Shown piece by piece: positions 9,122 to 16,938 of a DNA stretch of 64,000 nucleotides. Source of the DNA: Flavobacteriaceae bacterium (GTDB lineage: Bacteria; Bacteroidota; Bacteroidia; Flavobacteriales; Flavobacteriaceae); NCBI GenBank assembly GCA_041743085.1, contig JBGTNL010000093.1, forward strand, positions 44,704 to 108,703, given 5' to 3'. Position 1 is the stretch's first letter, and the number at the start of each line of letters is the position of its first letter. A program made the translations under genes and the position numbers. Under the pieces are notes generated by a model. That model searched no databases. It saw only the letters and a list, made by a program, of their open reading frames with translations, and had not been told where the DNA came from.

Positions 9122-10414
9122 ATGAGTGAGCAAAAACTTTCGACCAAGGCATTACATGCCGGTCACGACACCAAGTTAAACGGGGGCACGCGAGCAGTTC
9201 CGATCTATCAAAGTACTGCCTATGTCTTCAATAATTCAGATCATGCCGCCAACCTTTTTTCCCTGGCGGAATTCGGGAATATCTACTCAAGGATCAACAA
9301 TCCTACCAATGATATCCTGGAGCAGCGACTGGCAGCTGTGGAAGGCGGAATTGCCTCGGTGGTAACCGCATCCGGGACCGCAGCCCTCAATACCAGTCTT
9401 TTGGTCCTGTTAAAGTCCGGGGATCATATTGTTTCCTCCAACAGTTTATACGGGGGCACCTATAATTTATTTAGCGTTACATTGCCGCGATTGGGGATCA
9501 CAACGACTTTCGTGGACCCCGGGGATCCTGCGAATTTCGGAAAGGCGGTTCAGGAAAATACCAGGGCTATTTTTGTGGAATCCATTGGAAATCCCAAACT
9601 CGATGTTTTGGACCTTAAAGCGATCTCGGCGGAGGCAAAATCCGCGAAAGTGCCATTTATAGTGGATAATACCGTTGCTTCCCCCGCCTTGCTGAATCCT
9701 ATTGAGTACGGGGCAAATATTGTGATACATTCCTTAACAAAATACATCAATGGCAATGGAACGGCTCTGGGCGGGGCCATCATTGATGCCGGTACTTTTG
9801 ATTGGGCCAATGGTAAATTCCCCGAGTTCACAGAGCCATCTCCCGGGTATCACGGATTGGTGTATCACGAGGCCCTTGGGCCTGCTGCATTTATCGCTAA
9901 GGTGAGGGTGGAGGGTCTTCGCGACCATGGTGCCTGCCTGAGCCCGTTTAATTCCTTTCAGATAATACAGGGTCTTGAGACATTGGAAATCCGGATGAAA
10001 CAGCACAGCGCAAACGCCCTCGAATTAGCGAAGTGGCTGCAAGACAGGAAAGAGGTCACTTGGGTAAACTACCCGGGATTAAAGACAAGCAAATACTACG
10101 CACAATCGGAGGCATATTTGCCTAAGGGACAAAGCAGTCTGGTTACTTTTGGTGTTAAAGGAGGGTACGATTCGGCCAAGACGGTGGTGGACGAGACCAA
10201 AATTTTCTCATTGCTTGCCAATATCGGGGATACCAAATCACTGATTATACATCCTGCAAGTACTACCCATCAACAATTAGACGATGCCGCCCAGGAAGCT
10301 ACCGGTGTTACCAAAGACCTTATTCGGTTGTCTGTTGGCCTGGAAGATATGGATGATCTTAAGGCCGATCTGGAGCAGGCTTTCGCTAAAATCAATGCCT
10401 CTGTTCCGGCATAG
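9122..10414 (+). CDS. metY: O-acetylhomoserine sulfhydrylase (PLP-dependent)
   Basis: 430 aa. Contains LHAGH...PIYQSTAY, HSLTKYINGNG (PLP Lys) and IHPASTTHQQL. Confidence 0.85.
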   Translation: MSEQKLSTKALHAGHDTKLNGGTRAVPIYQSTAYVFNNSDHAANLFSLAEFGNIYSRINNPTNDILEQRLAAVEGGIASVVTASGTAALNTSLLVLLKSGDHIVSSNSLYGGTYNLFSVTLPRLGITTTFVDPGDPANFGKAVQENTRAIFVESIGNPKLDVLDLKAISAEAKSAKVPFIVDNTVASPALLNPIEYGANIVIHSLTKYINGNGTALGGAIIDAGTFDWANGKFPEFTEPSPGYHGLVYHEALGPAAFIAKVRVEGLRDHGACLSPFNSFQIIQGLETLEIRMKQHSANALELAKWLQDRKEVTWVNYPGLKTSKYYAQSEAYLPKGQSSLVTFGVKGGYDSAKTVVDETKIFSLLANIGDTKSLIIHPASTTHQQLDDAAQEATGVTKDLIRLSVGLEDMDDLKADLEQAFAKINASVPA

Positions 10415-10499
10415 GAAAAGGATGTGAACCAAGGTGGGTTAGAAAAGTACCACAACCCCTGTGATGATTTTTTTAACCCGCTCAAACAGAAAAAACCCG

Positions 10500-13400
10500 A
10501 TGAATGCAGAGCGTGTAGAAACATTCTGGTTACACCACCTCAGGATACCAAAGTATACTACAATAAGTGGTGTGACTCAGGATATTCAATTGTCATACGA
10601 GTTGTTCGGAAAAGAATTGCATACGGCTCCGGTTGTTGTCGTAAACCACGCACTTACGGGTAATTCTAAGGTCACAGGGGAAGAAGGATGGTGGTCTTCC
10701 TTAATAGGGGACGGAAATTGTATAGATACCGGGAAGTATACTGTTCTGGCATTTAATATTCCCGGTAACGGTTATGACGGATTTGTTATAGACAATTACA
10801 AGGATTTTGTAGCAGGCGACATCGCAAAGCTTTTCCTAATTGGTCTGGAGACACTTAAAATTGATCAGCTGTTTGCCCTTATCGGAGGTTCTCTGGGTGG
10901 CGGAATAGCATGGGAAATGGCTGCCTTAAACCCAAAACTAGTGAAGCATCTCATTCCTGTGGCGTCTGATTGGAAATCAACGGATTGGCTCATAGCCAAT
11001 TGCCAGATACAGGAACAATTTCTGGTGAATTCCAAAAATCCGGTTCACGATGCACGTATGCATGCCATGCTGTGTTACCGCACTCCCGAGTCATTCAAGG
11101 AGCGTTTTCAGCGTAGCACCAATACAGAATTACAGGTATTCAACGTAGAGAGTTGGTTGACACATCACGGGGAAAAGTTGCAGGAAAGATTTCAATTGTC
11201 GGCCTATAAACTTACAAATCAATTGCTCAAAACTATTGATATTACCAGGCACGGGGAAGAAGCATTTAAGGCATTACAGGAAAGCGATACGAACATACAT
11301 ATTGTTGGGGTTGACTCGGATCTCTTTTTTACTGCCAAAGAGAACAAGGAGACCTTTAAACGCCTGGCACAGGCAAATAGTAATGTTACTTACGGTGAAA
11401 TTCAATCGCTCCACGGACATGACGCCTTTTTGATTGAATTTGAGCAGATGCGGCAATTGCTGACGGGTGTTTTCAATGGAAATGGCCGGATTAAAAGGAT
11501 AAAGATCCTGAAATTCGGAGGAAAATCACTAGTTAATGGCGAGGGTATTGGAAGGGTGCTGGAGATCATTTCTTCAAAGGTAAAGGCAGGGGAACATATT
11601 GCGGTGGTACTTTCCGCAAGAGAAAGGGCGACGGACCAATTGCTAGACATCCTTGAGAAAGCGGCTACAGGCAAAAAATATTATAAAGAATTTGAAATTT
11701 TCGAAAAATACCAGAGACACACTTTTAAGAACGTTAATCTTTCCACCGAATTCAGGGCGCTCGCCCAGTTATTCGAGGGGGTCGCCCTACTTGGGGATTG
11801 CAGCGATAAAATAAAGGACCAGGTGCTCTCCTACGGCGAAATTATTTCGGCAAGGTTAATTGCCAAATTGTTGATCGGGATGGGGATTGATGCCAGGCTC
11901 ATGGATTCCCGGAAGCTTATCAAAACAGATAGTTCTTTTGGTAATGCCAAGGTTTTGGAAGCGGTATCCAAAGAGAATGTAATAAGGGAATTTACGAATC
12001 TGGAAGCAGGAAGTGTTGCCATTGTCACAGGGTTCATAGCTTCAAACACCGCAAATGAAACCACAACTTTAGGTAGAAACGGAAGCAATTATTCGGCATC
12101 TTTACTGGCCAATTTTCTGGATGCGGAAGAATTGCAGAACTACAGCCATGTTGATGGTATTTATACTGCCAATCCCGATCTGGTCCCCGATGCTCGCCGG
12201 ATTTCGCACTTATCTTATGGAGAGGCCAATGAACTCGCCAACTTCGGAGCAACCATCCTGCATGCCAAAACTATTATTCCGCTTATTGAAAAAAATATTC
12301 CTTTGCGAATTCTCAACACTTTCCACAAGGACAATGAGGGTACCCTGATCAGCGCAAAGACCAGTAAGGAAGGAATAAAATCCTTATCGGTCATAGAAAA
12401 CGAGGCTTTGATAAATCTTGAGGGCCGGGGTTTATTGGGTAAAGTTGGGGTAGATGCAAGAATTTTCAAAGCGCTTAGCCTTAATAACATCAATGTCGGT
12501 ATCATCTCCCAGGGATCCTCCGAAAGAGGTATTGGATTAGTAGTGGCAGCAAAACAGGCACAGCTGGCAAAACTTGTATTGGAAACAGAATTTGAAGAAG
12601 ATTTTAAGTCCCAGGATCTGAATACCATAACCATTGTTGATGATGTATCCGTAATTTCAATAATAGGGCAGGATCTCAGCACGTTCCACAAGCCATACAA
12701 TGCCCTGATAAAAAATCAGATAGTGCCTTTGCTATTCAACAATACGGTTTCTGGCAAAAACGTTAGCCTGGTTGTTAAGAAATCGGATCTATGCAAGGCC
12801 GTGAACGTCATGCACGGGCAAATTTTCGGAATTAGCAAGAAGGTAAATCTCGCCATTTTCGGGCATGGCAATGTTGGGGGCACGCTGGTGGATCAGATTT
12901 TGAATTCGGCTGCTACTATAGAAGAACGCAAAGGGATTCACCTGAATGTTTTTGCCCTGGCAAATTCGAAGAAGTTGCTGCTTTCTAAAAATGGGGCCCT
13001 GGGGAACTGGAGATCTTTGATAAAGGAGAAGGGTATCGATTATACACACGAGACCATATTCGATTTCGCAAAGCAACACCATTTGGAAAATCTCATTGCC
13101 GTTGACAATACCGCCAGTGAAGAATTTGTGGCCAGTTATTTCGGTTTCGTGGAAAACGGCTTTGATCTGGTCTCCTCAAATAAGATAGCGAATACCCTGG
13201 GCTTTGATTATTACCAGCTGCTACGAGAGGAATTAAAGAAGAAGCAAATGCAGTATTTATATGAGACGAATGTCGGGGCCGGTCTCCCGTTGATCGATAC
13301 AATAAAATTATTGCATTTATCCGGGGAGAATATTACGCGGATCAAAGGGGTTTTTTCCGGATCCCTGAGTTATATTTTTAATACCTTCTCCGAAATTGAC

Positions 13401-13913
13401 ACCCCTTTTTCTTTTATACTGAAGGAGGCCATCCGCAAGGGGTATACAGAACCGGACCCAAGAGAAGACCTGTCCGGGAACGATGTAGGCAGAAAATTGC
13501 TGATTCTTGCCAGGGAGTTAGATCTGCAGAACGAATTTACCGATATTAAAGTTCAGAATCTTATCCCCGATCTTTTACGACAGGGCGGGGTGGAAGGCTT
13601 TTTACACAATCTGGATATTCTTGATGATACCTTTAACGAAGTAAAGAAAAATCAGAAGCCTAAACACGTACTTCGCTATATAGGTGATCTGCATGGCGAT
13701 CTTCAGAAAGATAGAGGTTTGCTGGATGTGAAACTGGTATCCGTTCCCAAGGAGAGCGCCCTTGGTCAGGTAAAAGGATCGGATTCCATCATTGAGATCT
13801 ACACGGAATCTTACGGCGAACAACCTTTGATCATCCAGGGGGCCGGTGCGGGCGCGGCAGTTACCGCCCGTGGTGTTTTTGGGGATATCCTGAGGATTGC
13901 GGAGAAAGGATAA
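10500..13913 (+). CDS. Three-module fusion: homoserine O-acetyltransferase (MetX) + aspartokinase + homoserine dehydrogenase
   Basis: The N-terminal ~330 aa are MetX-like (VVVVNHALTGNS, GGSLGGGIAWE, HGHDAFLIE). Next comes an aspartokinase (ILKFGGKSL..., ACT-like repeats), then a homoserine dehydrogenase (AIFGHGNVGG..., GAGAGAAVTARGVFGD). It is a single uninterrupted frame. ATG 10500 is preferred as the start. Confidence 0.8.
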   Translation: MNAERVETFWLHHLRIPKYTTISGVTQDIQLSYELFGKELHTAPVVVVNHALTGNSKVTGEEGWWSSLIGDGNCIDTGKYTVLAFNIPGNGYDGFVIDNYKDFVAGDIAKLFLIGLETLKIDQLFALIGGSLGGGIAWEMAALNPKLVKHLIPVASDWKSTDWLIANCQIQEQFLVNSKNPVHDARMHAMLCYRTPESFKERFQRSTNTELQVFNVESWLTHHGEKLQERFQLSAYKLTNQLLKTIDITRHGEEAFKALQESDTNIHIVGVDSDLFFTAKENKETFKRLAQANSNVTYGEIQSLHGHDAFLIEFEQMRQLLTGVFNGNGRIKRIKILKFGGKSLVNGEGIGRVLEIISSKVKAGEHIAVVLSARERATDQLLDILEKAATGKKYYKEFEIFEKYQRHTFKNVNLSTEFRALAQLFEGVALLGDCSDKIKDQVLSYGEIISARLIAKLLIGMGIDARLMDSRKLIKTDSSFGNAKVLEAVSKENVIREFTNLEAGSVAIVTGFIASNTANETTTLGRNGSNYSASLLANFLDAEELQNYSHVDGIYTANPDLVPDARRISHLSYGEANELANFGATILHAKTIIPLIEKNIPLRILNTFHKDNEGTLISAKTSKEGIKSLSVIENEALINLEGRGLLGKVGVDARIFKALSLNNINVGIISQGSSERGIGLVVAAKQAQLAKLVLETEFEEDFKSQDLNTITIVDDVSVISIIGQDLSTFHKPYNALIKNQIVPLLFNNTVSGKNVSLVVKKSDLCKAVNVMHGQIFGISKKVNLAIFGHGNVGGTLVDQILNSAATIEERKGIHLNVFALANSKKLLLSKNGALGNWRSLIKEKGIDYTHETIFDFAKQHHLENLIAVDNTASEEFVASYFGFVENGFDLVSSNKIANTLGFDYYQLLREELKKKQMQYLYETNVGAGLPLIDTIKLLHLSGENITRIKGVFSGSLSYIFNTFSEIDTPFSFILKEAIRKGYTEPDPREDLSGNDVGRKLLILARELDLQNEFTDIKVQNLIPDLLRQGGVEGFLHNLDILDDTFNEVKKNQKPKHVLRYIGDLHGDLQKDRGLLDVKLVSVPKESALGQVKGSDSIIEIYTESYGEQPLIIQGAGAGAAVTARGVFGDILRIAEKG

Positions 13914-13969
13914 AGTCTAGACGTAGTACGGCTACGACTTCAGATCCGGGCAGGAACTAAATACAAAAA

Positions 13970-15139
13970 ATGAATAAGAACAAATTCGAAACAGAAGCCA
14001 TACGAACCCAACTGGAACGCTCTAAATTTCTGGAACATTCCAGCCCTGTGTACCTGACCTCCAGTTTTGTTTTTGAGGATGCGGAAGATATGCGGGCTTC
14101 TTTTGCCGAGGAGAAGGACAGGAATATATATTCCAGGTATTCCAATCCAAACAGTTCGGAATTCATTGAGAAGGTATGTAAAATGGAAGGGGCTGAAGAC
14201 GGTTTTGCATTTGCATCCGGAATGGCGGCGGTTTTTTCAACTTTTGCTGCGCTCCTGCAAAGTGGGGACCATATTATTTCCGCCCGAAGCATCTTTGGTT
14301 CCACGCATAGCTTGTTGACACAGTTTTTTCCGAAATGGAATATCACCCATAGCTATTTTAAATACAATGAATTACACGACATCGAAAATCTGATTACTCC
14401 GAAAACCAAAATAATTTACGCAGAGTCTCCGACAAACCCCGGGGTAGACATTCTGGATCTGGAGTACCTGGGTAAAATAGCCAGGAAGCATAAATTATTG
14501 CTGGTTATCGATAACTGTTTTGCTTCTCCGTATTTGCAGCAACCCATTAAATTTGGTGCCGACCTCGTAATTCACTCCGGAACAAAGTTGATGGACGGGC
14601 AGGGGAGGGTGCTGGCGGGGCTTACCATAGGGCGGCAGTCGCTAATTGATATCATTTATCGTTTTAGTAGAATTACCGGACCCTCCCTTTCCCCTTTTAA
14701 TGCCTGGTTGCTTTCCAAAAGTCTTGAAACATTGGCGGTACGCGTGGACCGTCATTGTGAGAATGCCCTGAAATTAGCGGAGTATCTGGCAAAGGATTCT
14801 AAAATTAATTGGGTGAAATATCCATTTTTAAAGTCGCATCCGCAATATGAATTGGCAAAAAAACAAATGAAGGCCGGAGGATGTGTGGTGGCTTTTGAAA
14901 TTAAGGGCGGTCTTGAAGCAGGTCGTAAATTCTTTGATGCCATCCGGCTCCTTTCCCTTTCTGCCAATTTGGGAGATACCAGGAGCATAGTTACCCATCC
15001 GGCCTCAACCACCCATAGTAAATTAACGGCAAAAGAACGGCAGGAAACCGGGATCACGGATGGTATGGTCCGTGTTTCTGTGGGGCTGGAGCACATAGAT
15101 GATATTATTAACGATATTGCACAAGCTCTGGAAAATTAA
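13970..15139 (+). CDS. Trans-sulfuration family PLP enzyme (O-succinyl/acetyl-homoserine sulfhydrylase MetZ-like, or cystathionine gamma-synthase)
   Basis: 389 aa. Contains YSRYSNPN, HSGTKLMDGQGRVLAG (PLP Lys, MetZ-like) and THPASTTHSKL. Confidence 0.75.
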   Translation: MNKNKFETEAIRTQLERSKFLEHSSPVYLTSSFVFEDAEDMRASFAEEKDRNIYSRYSNPNSSEFIEKVCKMEGAEDGFAFASGMAAVFSTFAALLQSGDHIISARSIFGSTHSLLTQFFPKWNITHSYFKYNELHDIENLITPKTKIIYAESPTNPGVDILDLEYLGKIARKHKLLLVIDNCFASPYLQQPIKFGADLVIHSGTKLMDGQGRVLAGLTIGRQSLIDIIYRFSRITGPSLSPFNAWLLSKSLETLAVRVDRHCENALKLAEYLAKDSKINWVKYPFLKSHPQYELAKKQMKAGGCVVAFEIKGGLEAGRKFFDAIRLLSLSANLGDTRSIVTHPASTTHSKLTAKERQETGITDGMVRVSVGLEHIDDIINDIAQALEN

Positions 15140-15143
15140 TCTT

Positions 15144-15362
15144 TAGAGGTCAGTAGCTACTTGCATACCTTTGTTTTAGCATTCTGGTCCGCTATTTGAG
15201 GGTTTAGAATATTTTGTGAACTTGTATCCCGAAGAAACCCCTCCGCCTTCGCCACCGTGCCTTCCTCTCGTTGCACTCGTCGGAGGCAAGTGAAATAAGG
15301 GGAGGATCCATTTAACGGCCCTTTTGCCCATTAAATCTCATGTACTTATCTACTGACCTCTA
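15144..15362. mobile_element. 219-bp MITE-like element with 13-bp perfect terminal inverted repeats and an 8-bp direct flanking duplication
   Basis: The TIRs are tagaggtcagtag (15144-15156) and ctactgacctcta (15350-15362). TTAATCTT lies directly outside both ends (15136-15143 and 15363-15370). There is no ORF inside. Confidence 0.6.
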
Positions 15363-15432
15363 TTAATCTTTTTTAGGATTTCAAAACCCTTCAGGTTTAG
15401 ATGTGAATGTTAATTTTTCCTATCTTCGCCCC

Positions 15433-15840
15433 ATGCTTTCCAAAAAGACAAAATACGGACTTAAGGCCCTTACCTATTTGGCATCTCAAAAAAACAAGCA
15501 GCCGGTTCAGATAGCTGAGATTTCAAAAAACGAAAATATTTCCCAAAAATTTTTGGAAAGTATCCTGTTAACGTTGCGAAAAACCGGATTTTTGGGTTCA
15601 AAAAAAGGTAAAGGCGGGGGTTACTACCTGATCAAACAGCCCTCCGAAATACCAATGACATCGGTTATAAGGGTATTGGAAGGCCCTATTGCAATGGTGC
15701 CGTGCGTGAGCCTGAATTTCTACGAGAAATGCAATGACTGCCCGGATGAGAAAAAATGTGCGGTGAACAAACTAATGCTTCAGATCCGGGATAGTAATCT
15801 GGAAGTTTATAGAAGGACCACTTTGGCAGATCTTCTCTAG
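15433..15840 (+). CDS. Rrf2-family transcriptional regulator with a C-terminal Cys cluster
   Basis: Begins MLSKKTKYGLKALTYLA and has a winged-helix segment. Cysteines in CVSLNFYEKCNDCPDEKKC suggest an Fe-S or thiol-sensing site. Confidence 0.8.
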   Translation: MLSKKTKYGLKALTYLASQKNKQPVQIAEISKNENISQKFLESILLTLRKTGFLGSKKGKGGGYYLIKQPSEIPMTSVIRVLEGPIAMVPCVSLNFYEKCNDCPDEKKCAVNKLMLQIRDSNLEVYRRTTLADLL

Positions 15841-15960
15841 TGTAGCAAATAACTCCTTTTGTCCTTTCCGAATTTTTCATCATCCATCATATTGAAGATA
15901 TTTCAAAATAATAGTTTATAACTGACATTTCTATAATTAGGGGTGACTTTTCTTAATAAT

Positions 15961-15976
15961 CTATTAAAACTATAGG
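15961..15976 (+). promoter_or_regulatory. Copy 1 of the conserved 16-nt motif CTATTAWAHCTATAGG (candidate operator)
   Basis: ctattaaaactatagg, 100 nt upstream of cysH. Confidence 0.35.
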
Positions 15977-16026
15977 GCGTACCTAATATTCAGAGTTTTT
16001 TAACTTTAATCTTCAACAGAAAGCAA

Positions 16027-16034
16027 TATATTTG
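16027..16034 (+). promoter_or_regulatory. Candidate -7 promoter box (TAnnTTTG) for cysH
   Basis: tatatttg lies 42 nt upstream of the cysH ATG and 7 nt before motif copy 2. Confidence 0.4.
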
Positions 16035-16040
16035 ACTACT

Positions 16041-16056
16041 CTATTATATCTATAGG
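16041..16056 (+). promoter_or_regulatory. Copy 2 of the conserved 16-nt motif (candidate operator overlapping the predicted cysH transcription start)
   Basis: ctattatatctatagg, extended by a perfect inverted repeat ATCTAT-agg-ATAGAT. Confidence 0.4.
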
Positions 16057-16075
16057 ATAGATTAAACCGGATTTT

Positions 16076-16699
16076 ATGGGACTTTCGTTGCAACAGATAA
16101 CCAGGCTAAACTTACAGTTCAAAGGAATTCCTCCGGAGGAAATTATTTCATGGGCAATTCAATTCGGGCAGAATCCCGTTATAACTACCAACTTCAGGCC
16201 CTATGAGGTAGCCATCTTGCATGCGGTAATCGATGTAAGAAGGGATATACCTGTTATTTGGTGCGATACCGGCTATAGCACCCCGAACACCTACAAGCAT
16301 GCGGAAGAACTTACCTATAGGTTAGGGTTAAATATTAAATTGTATGTACCCAAACAAACCGCTGCTCACAGGGATGCGGTGATGGGGATTCCGGAGATAG
16401 ATGACCCAAGACATAAAGAGTTTACCCGTCAGGTGAAGTTAGAGCCTTTTAAAAGGGCCATGAAAGAACATCGGCCGGATGTATGGTTTACTAACCTCCG
16501 AAGTGGCCAGACAGCCTTGCGGAATACGCTGGATATCCTTAGTCATGGCAAAGACGGAGTCTTAAAAGTTAGCCCCTTTTACCATTGGTCCGATGCACAA
16601 CTGGATGTTTATTTAAAGGAGAGAAATTTACCCAACGAGCACAACTACTATGATCCAACCAAGGTATTGGAGAACAGGGAGTGCGGGTTACATACATAA
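16076..16699 (+). CDS. cysH: Phosphoadenosine phosphosulfate (PAPS) reductase, thioredoxin-dependent type
   Basis: 207 aa with a C-terminal ECGLH motif and a PAPS_reduct-like core (VIWCDTGY). It has no CC...CxxC Fe-S cysteines. Confidence 0.8.
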   Translation: MGLSLQQITRLNLQFKGIPPEEIISWAIQFGQNPVITTNFRPYEVAILHAVIDVRRDIPVIWCDTGYSTPNTYKHAEELTYRLGLNIKLYVPKQTAAHRDAVMGIPEIDDPRHKEFTRQVKLEPFKRAMKEHRPDVWFTNLRSGQTALRNTLDILSHGKDGVLKVSPFYHWSDAQLDVYLKERNLPNEHNYYDPTKVLENRECGLHT

Positions 16700-16862
16700 T
16701 TGAAGGGGTTAATGTACGCATATAACTCCTCAACCGTCATTCCGGGCGCGTTAGCCTGAGCGCCCGTAGTCGGGCAGGCAGTCGTAGGAAGGGAGGTGTC
16801 CGGCAAAAGAAATGAAGACGGAACGAAGGAGTGTTAAAAAATAAAATTTTGTTAAGTAAAAT

Positions 16863-16878
16863 CTATTAAACCTATAGG
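16863..16878 (+). promoter_or_regulatory. Copy 3 of the conserved 16-nt motif (candidate operator upstream of sulfite reductase)
   Basis: ctattaaacctatagg lies 61 nt upstream of ATG 16939. A near-consensus -7 box, aaattttg (16844-16851), sits 12 nt before it. Confidence 0.4.
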
Positions 16879-16938
16879 ATAAATAAAATTACCGGGCTTG
16901 AATCCGGTAAAATAAGAGGTGGGAATCTAAATAAAATT

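Noticed and set aside
10424-10663. 79-aa ORF between metY and the MetX fusion
   Set aside because: It is out of frame with, and overlaps, the N-terminus of the much better supported MetX-like ORF. Its Cys/Arg-rich translation shows no pattern.
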